In this document: in pieces, positions 57,749-64,000 of the stretch
Layout: each line of letters opens with the position of its first letter
Numbering within the stretch: the stretch's first letter is position 1
Assembly (NCBI RefSeq): GCF_009914755.1
Contig: NC_060946.1
DNA: 64,000 nucleotides
Source of the DNA: the human T2T-CHM13v2.0 reference genome, Homo sapiens
Direction: 5' to 3' (one strand)
Notes under the pieces: generated by a model
What the model saw: the letters and a program-made list of their open reading frames with translations, nothing else
Told to the model about the DNA's origin: nothing
The model's database searches: none
Translations under genes and position numbers: made by a program

Positions 57749-60700
57749 CATGTCTAGCGTGACCCTCCTTCCTGGCAGTGACACTGTTGATGTGAACCCC
57801 AATTTCACATCTGTCATTTGTAAATAGGACCATTTTCCCTTTTCGCTCTCCCTTCCATTCACAGGGCTTTTCATTCTCTCTGTTACTGCCTCCGTTTCAG
57901 ATATTTACTCACCTTTTTCTCTCTCACTATGTCTGCCGTGGTCTCCATGAGAGTGCGCCACATAAGATTCCCCCATTAAAAGTCATGAATTGAGTGGCTT
58001 TTAGTATACCTGTGGTTGTGCACATTCAAATTTAATTCGCAATTCATTGTAGAACGTCTTATCACTCCCGACCAGAGAAAAACCCTGTAGACATTAGTCA
58101 CTCCTCATTCTGTCTCAAACCCTCTCCCTGACCCGCAGCCCTAGGTAGCAACTACCTAGTGCGATCAATCCCATATGCATAGATTACCATATTGTGGACA
58201 TTTCCTATAAGCGGAATTGCACAATAGGGGAGCTGTTATGACTGACATAACACGTAGCACAATATTTTCAAGATTCGTACACATTGTAGGCTTACCCACA
58301 GGGGGAAACCATTTTTTTGGGGGCTTTTAGTAACACCGGTGTTTTCTCCTTCCTTACGTCGTTCTTTCCTTCCTTCCTTCCTTCCTTCCTTCCTTCCTTC
58401 CTTCCTGACTTCCTTCTTTCCTTCCCTCCTTCCTCCTATTTCTCTCTTACTCCTTCTGCCCTCTCTCTTTCCTATGCCTTAGGTGCATCCCACATTCTGC
58501 ATTTTTTGGGGAAATCCTCGACAGGTGCAGGAAAATTGTGTTATTGTAACTATTTACCGTTATCTCTCTTTCACGGCTCTCCATCAGTTGTGAACATCTA
58601 TTGGTTTATCCCAAGTCACTAAGCATATTTTCATTAGGTAAACCTGTTTTTCCTTATACAGCTGTTTCTGGAGTATAGGGTCGCATACTCATAAACCCAG
58701 TGTAACTCAGAAACGCATCTAATATTCCAGTAAACCCATCATAACGTTGAAAAATCGTAAATCAAACCATCATAAGTCACGGTTTGTCCGTGGATATGGG
58801 CGTCATCAATTCCATTGTATTCAGTAATGCTGTACACCATTAACAATGGCAGACTGATTGGGAGTGGATATTGATAGCATTATAAAAGTCAGTTATTAGA
58901 GGGATACTTCTTTAACCTGACTGAAGAACTGATCTAATGGCTTTAGTACAGTGCATGATTATGTGCGATGTTTTGAGACAGAGTAGTACATTTGTGAATG
59001 AAATTTTATGGCTTTTTTTTCACTTAGTAGGAACCATTGTGTGTGGAAAAGTGAGAAAATGGCTTTCTGCTGTAGGGTCTGGCATTCATTGTAGATGTAA
59101 GCTTATTTTTCTGTGAGCAAATCTTATTCAATAAAATACTACTCTTTATACTAAAAAACAAAAACAGTGGTGATGTGTGGTCATTATCCTCAACAAACTT
59201 ATCCAGGGAAAGAAAACCAAACGCCACAACTCACTTATAATGGGAGCTGAAAAATGAGATCCCATGGACACAGGAAGGGGAACAACACACACTGGGGCCT
59301 TCCGGGAGACAGAGCGTTAAGAAAAACAGCTACTGCATGCTGGGCTTAATACCTAGGTGATGGGTTGACAGGTGCAGCAAACCACCATGGCACACGTTTA
59401 CCTTAGTAACAAATCTGCACATCCTGCACATATACCCCAGAACTTAGGAACGAAATGAAACAAAAGACAACGAAAAAGCAACAGCAAAACGCTAAAGGCA
59501 AAATAAAGTTTCAAACTGAGAAAGTGACAGACCAACGTCTGGTTCAAATCATGGTTCTCAACCCAGGTGCCATAAGGTCGGGATAAAGGATGTGATTACA
59601 TGTTGTCAATAAGACATGCAGCAAATGACCAGAATGATTATTCTCAACATATGTGTGTCTTCTAATTCAATGGTGACGCTATCTACCGGGACATAGCATT
59701 AGATTCCAAAGGGCCGAGTCCCGCCAGACAGGCCTCCCACACTAATAACAATGGGAAGCCCTACGTTGCTTTACCTGTGCTTCTCAGCCACTGGCTATAA
59801 ATCAGGTTGCCACCACTCCCAGATTTAGTTGCATTCATTTGCTGGAAGAGCTCACAGCACGCAGGGAAACACTTACATTTGCCGTTGTATTTTAGCGGAC
59901 ATTGCACAAAGTTCAGAAATAAATGTGGGGCCCGGCATGTGGGGAGGGGCGCACTACCTTCCAGGAAGTGCTATCCGGAAGCTCTCTGAACCCAGTCCTT
60001 TTGGGTTTTGATGGAGACCTCATTCTATAGGCATGATGGGTTAAACCATAGGCTATTGGTGATCAACTCCACCTGGGGCTCTCCACCCTCCCTGGAAATT
60101 GGGGTTGAGGCTTTGCCATCCTCAGTCTGACTAAAAGAATTTACCCAAACGGAATTTTAAAACAGATGAGCATAACTGGAATCTTAATTAGATGATTGGA
60201 TTATCTGGAGCCACACCTTGATATTCCTAACCCGAGCACCCTCATCCAACGAATGCTCCACCCAACTGGCTCCCAAGTCTCTACGTGGTTCCAGAGCAAA
60301 AGGATGTTGATACAACGCATATCTCCACCTTTTCTTCAAAGTCTTTTCGCTTACACGGAAAGACTTCTTCAACTGCCATGCATCAGGGTCAGGGGGAGGT
60401 CTTGTTATAACACAGATCTGCGGATCTCCGGCGTTTGACTGTGGCAAGGATGCTGCTGGTGTCAAAACCACAACGTGGGAACCACAGAACCACTAGTGGG
60501 TTTTCAGTGTTTCAGTGCATACAATTCCTAATATATCTGGCCAAGAAAACTTGTAAGTTCTTAGATTGTCCCAAAGGTGGCGCATGAAATCAAAGCAGGA
60601 GAACAGTTTCCTACGAGGTGTAGCCTGGGAAAGTTGGGGGTGACTGATGGAAAGGAGGAGTGAAGCTCCGCCCTTTCCGCTGCTAGGCTGCGCCCGAGGC

Positions 60701-60857
60701 TATTTAAACCCACCCTGGCTGGCCTGTACTCAGATCTTCGCGGAGCGGATCAGCGGCCGGAGCGTTTGGCGGACTCTGCGTGGACTTGGAGCTCACAGCG
60801 TCTTGCGACTTGGAAGCGGATTCAGAGGACAGGACAGAACACTTGGGCAAGTGAATC

Positions 60858-60888
<31 letters not shown>

Positions 60889-61063
60889 CATTGGTTGGTT
60901 GATTTCCATTTTCTTAAGGGGCACATACCTCACACCGCACACACACAAACACACACACGCACACACACACGCACACGCACACGCACACACACGCACACAC
61001 ACTCCTTCCTTCTGCGAGTTAGAACATTAGTAGGGGCCCCTGGGAGCTGCAGGTTTCCTAATC

Positions 61064-64000
61064 ATGTCTGCACCTAAGAACGGTAGGGTCTTGTCTGGCT
61101 CTTCTTATGAACGGTCCCCCAGCCCGGACTCCCCAAGGTCCATGCGAACCTCACCCAGCTTCCCCCTCTCCCCTCTCAGAAACTCAGGCTTAAGGGGAAG
61201 CTCCTCACCAGGGATCCGGAGCTACCATTCACCATCCCCTAGGGCTTCACCACACTCACCTCTGTCATCACCAGAATCCCACAAGCTCCCATTTCCCTGT
61301 CCTCACCGTGATGGGCAATCAATGAAGCCATTGGGCTCTCCCGTGTCCTCCTCTGAGGATTCCTCAGAGTCCCCACGTTCATCAATAATATACCACATGT
61401 TCTTACTGCCATCACCCAGCAGCTCACCCCAGGCTCTCGGGGGGTCTCCCGTGTCTCCCAGCTACTCTCCAAACAACCCCAGATTTCAGCTGCAGTCAGC
61501 CCCCCACACCCAGGAATCACCTACAAACTCACGAGCCTCACTTTGCTCCACCCCTGCGTCTTTCATCTCTTCACCCCAAGGCCTCAGGGACTCTCCTGTG
61601 GCTCCCAGTTACTCTCCAGCCATCCCCAGGTTCCTGCGGGAGTCAGCCCCATGCGCCCAGGAGTCCCCCAGAGACTCACAGGTCTCGGGAGATTATGAGC
61701 GGTCCCCCAGCCCTGACTCCTCAAGATTCATGCCTGCCTCACCCAGCTTCTCCCTCTCCCCTCCCAGAAACTCAGACCCAAGGGGCAGCTCCTCACCAGG
61801 GATGTGGAAGTCCTCTACATCATCCCGCAGGGCTTCACCACTCTCACATCCGTCATCAACAGAATTCCACAACTTTACGTTTCCCATTCCTAACCAAGCA
61901 GGACAGTCACTCATGTCATTGTGTTCTCCCGTGACCTCCTCTGGAGATTCTTCACAGTCACCTCATTCATCAATAATATACCATATGTTCTTACTGCCAT
62001 CATCCAGCAGCTCACCCCCAGCCACCCATGACTCTCCTGTCTGTCCCAGCTACTCTCCAACTACGCCCAGATTTCAGCGGGAGTCTGTACCCCACACCCC
62101 AGAAACACCTACAAACTCACAGACCTCAGTGAGATCCTCGCCAGTCTCTCTCACGTCTTCACCCCCAGCCCTTACGGACCCTCCAGTCTGTCCCAGCTAC
62201 TCTCCAACCACGCCCACATTTCAGCGCGGGTCAGTTCCAGGAACCCAGGGATCACCACCAAGCCCACCGCTTTCACTGAGTTACTCCCCAGTCTCTAGCA
62301 CGTCTTTATCTCCAACCCTCAGGGACTCGCCTGTCTGTCCCAGCTACTCTCCAAACACGCCCACACTTCAGCGGGAGTCCGTTGCAGGCACCCAGAAGTC
62401 ACCACCAAACTCACCAATTTCACTGCGTTACTCCCCAGTCTCTCTCATGTCTTCACCATCCCTCAGGGACTCTCCCGTCTGTCCCAGCTACTCTCCAACC
62501 ACGCCCACATTTCAGCTGGAGTCAGTTCCAGGCACCCCGGAATCACCACCAAACTCACCAATTTCACTCAGTTACTCCCCAGTCTCTAGCACGTCTCTAT
62601 CTCCAACCCTCAGGGACTCTCCTGTGTGTCCCAGCTACTCTCCAACCACGCCCACACTTCAGCGGGAGTCAGTTCCAGGCACCCAGGAATCACCACCAAA
62701 CTCACCAATTTCACTCAGTTACTCCTCAGTCTCTAGCACGTCTTTATCTCCAACCCTCAGGGACTCTCCTGTGTGTCCCAGCTACTCTCCAACCACGCCC
62801 ACACTTCAGCGGGAGTCAGTTCCAGGCACCCAGGAATCACCACCAAACTCACCAATTTCACTCAATTACTCTCCAGTCTCTCTCGTGTCTTCACCAGCCC
62901 TCAGGGACTCTCCTGTCTGTCCCAGCTACTCTCCAACCACGCCCACATTTCAGCTGGAGTCAGTTCCAGGCACCCCGGAGTCACCACCAAACTCACCAGT
63001 TTCACTCAGTTACTCCCCGGTCTCTCTCATGTCTTCACCCCCAGCCCTCAGGGACTCTCCTGTGCGTCCCAGCTACTCTCCAACCATGCCCAGATTTCAG
63101 CGGGAGTCAGTTCCAGGCACCCATGTGTCATCACCAAACTCAGCAGTTTCACTGAGTTACTCCCCAGTCTCTCTCATGTCTTCACCCCCAGACCCCTGGG
63201 ACTCTCCTGTCTGTCCCAGCTACTCTCCCACCACGCCCAGATTTCAGCGGGAGTCAGCCTCCCACACTCCGGAATCAGATACAGACTCACAGACTTCACT
63301 GAGCTCCTCCCTGGTCTCTCTCAGGTCTTTGCCCTCATCCCACAGGGACTCTTGTGTCTCTTTCAGCTACTCTCAAAACTTCTCTAGATTCCAGCTGGAG
63401 TCAGTTCCAGGCACCCACGATACACCACCGAACTCACGAATTTCACTGACTTACTCCCCTGTCTCCCTCATGTTCTCACCCCCAGCCCTCAGGGACTCTT
63501 CTGTCTCTCTCAGCTACTCTCCAACCATCTCCAGATTTCACCTGGAGTCAGCTTCCCACACCCTGGAATCACCTGCAAACTCACGGACCTTACTGCAACC
63601 ATCCCCCATTTCTTTCACCTCTTCACCCCCTGCCTTCAGGGACTCTCCTGGGTCTCCCAGCTTCTCTCCAGCCTTCCCCAGATTTCTGCCACAGTCAGCC
63701 CCAGGCACCCAGGACAACCCTAGACACTCACAGGCCTCACCAGACTATCTCCCTATGACCTGTACCTATACAGGGATGGCTCCCACGCATCCCTCAGTGA
63801 CCCCAAACCCATCTCAACTTACACTCAGGCACTCCCAGGGCCTGACAGCTACACCCCGTTATTGTCCTTCAGTTCGAAGCCCTGGCCAATCTACTAGCCC
63901 ACATGACGCAGTTACCTGGCCATTTCTCCACGGTTCCCGGGAGGGCCCCACACCCAGCCGCACAAGAGCCCCTCCTGCATTCCGTCCTCACACGCAGGCC
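61064..64000 (+). CDS. Copy 10: CTD-like repeat protein, truncated by the window end (1042-aa type)
   Basis: ATG at 61064 (aatcATGtctgcacc), collinear with copy 9. It is absent from the ORF track because the stop lies outside the window. Confidence 0.58.
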   Translation, partial: MSAPKNGRVLSGSSYERSPSPDSPRSMRTSPSFPLSPLRNSGLRGSSSPGIRSYHSPSPRASPHSPLSSPESHKLPFPCPHRDGQSMKPLGSPVSSSEDSSESPRSSIIYHMFLLPSPSSSPQALGGSPVSPSYSPNNPRFQLQSAPHTQESPTNSRASLCSTPASFISSPQGLRDSPVAPSYSPAIPRFLRESAPCAQESPRDSQVSGDYERSPSPDSSRFMPASPSFSLSPPRNSDPRGSSSPGMWKSSTSSRRASPLSHPSSTEFHNFTFPIPNQAGQSLMSLCSPVTSSGDSSQSPHSSIIYHMFLLPSSSSSPPATHDSPVCPSYSPTTPRFQRESVPHTPETPTNSQTSVRSSPVSLTSSPPALTDPPVCPSYSPTTPTFQRGSVPGTQGSPPSPPLSLSYSPVSSTSLSPTLRDSPVCPSYSPNTPTLQRESVAGTQKSPPNSPISLRYSPVSLMSSPSLRDSPVCPSYSPTTPTFQLESVPGTPESPPNSPISLSYSPVSSTSLSPTLRDSPVCPSYSPTTPTLQRESVPGTQESPPNSPISLSYSSVSSTSLSPTLRDSPVCPSYSPTTPTLQRESVPGTQESPPNSPISLNYSPVSLVSSPALRDSPVCPSYSPTTPTFQLESVPGTPESPPNSPVSLSYSPVSLMSSPPALRDSPVRPSYSPTMPRFQRESVPGTHVSSPNSAVSLSYSPVSLMSSPPDPWDSPVCPSYSPTTPRFQRESASHTPESDTDSQTSLSSSLVSLRSLPSSHRDSCVSFSYSQNFSRFQLESVPGTHDTPPNSRISLTYSPVSLMFSPPALRDSSVSLSYSPTISRFHLESASHTLESPANSRTLLQPSPISFTSSPPAFRDSPGSPSFSPAFPRFLPQSAPGTQDNPRHSQASPDYLPMTCTYTGMAPTHPSVTPNPSQLTLRHSQGLTATPRYCPSVRSPGQSTSPHDAVTWPFLHGSREGPTPSRTRAPPAFRPHTQA

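Larger units (their letters stand above)
1..64000 (+). repeat. Tandem macrosatellite array of ~10 units, 6.3-7.0 kb each; probably the ACRO1 composite repeat of primate acrocentric short arms or pericentromeres
   Basis: The same ORF start recurs at 3125, 9426, 15855, 22284, 28572, 35007, 41300, 48323, 54620 and 61064 (periods 6301, 6429, 6429, 6288, 6435, 6293, 7023, 6297, 6444). The ACRO1 name rests on recalled knowledge of a 147-bp monomer inside a ~6 kb unit; no database search was run. Confidence 0.93.

Noticed and set aside
1-64000. Array as an assembly artefact, or as rDNA, D4Z4 or alpha satellite
   Set aside because: Units carry distinct, hierarchically shared variants consistent with real paralogs. 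There is no rRNA sequence, homeobox ORF or 171-bp period.

Overview
The whole window is a head-to-tail tandem array of about 10 near-identical units of 6.3-7.0 kb. It is primate DNA, shown by an L1PA 3' end, and best matches the human/ape ACRO1-satellite composite macrosatellite (identified from memory, not by a search). Each unit has a ~3.1 kb spacer of old interspersed-repeat fragments (L1MB, MER47/Tigger, L1PA, MER21 LTR, simple repeats) and a ~3 kb C-rich block built on a 147-bp monomer. The main observation is that this satellite block looks like a protein-coding gene. Every copy has a DUX4-type motif, a GC box, a TATA box and an Inr at canonical spacing, then an ATG with A at -3, an ORF of 992-1238 codons and a downstream ATTAAA. 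Eight ORFs are complete, one is frameshifted and one is open up to the window edge. The 49-aa monomer parses as 7 heptads that align with the first repeats of the RNA polymerase II (RPB1) CTD. This suggests an amplified, possibly early-embryonic gene family encoding a disordered CTD-like protein. Expression and function are inferred, not shown by the sequence.
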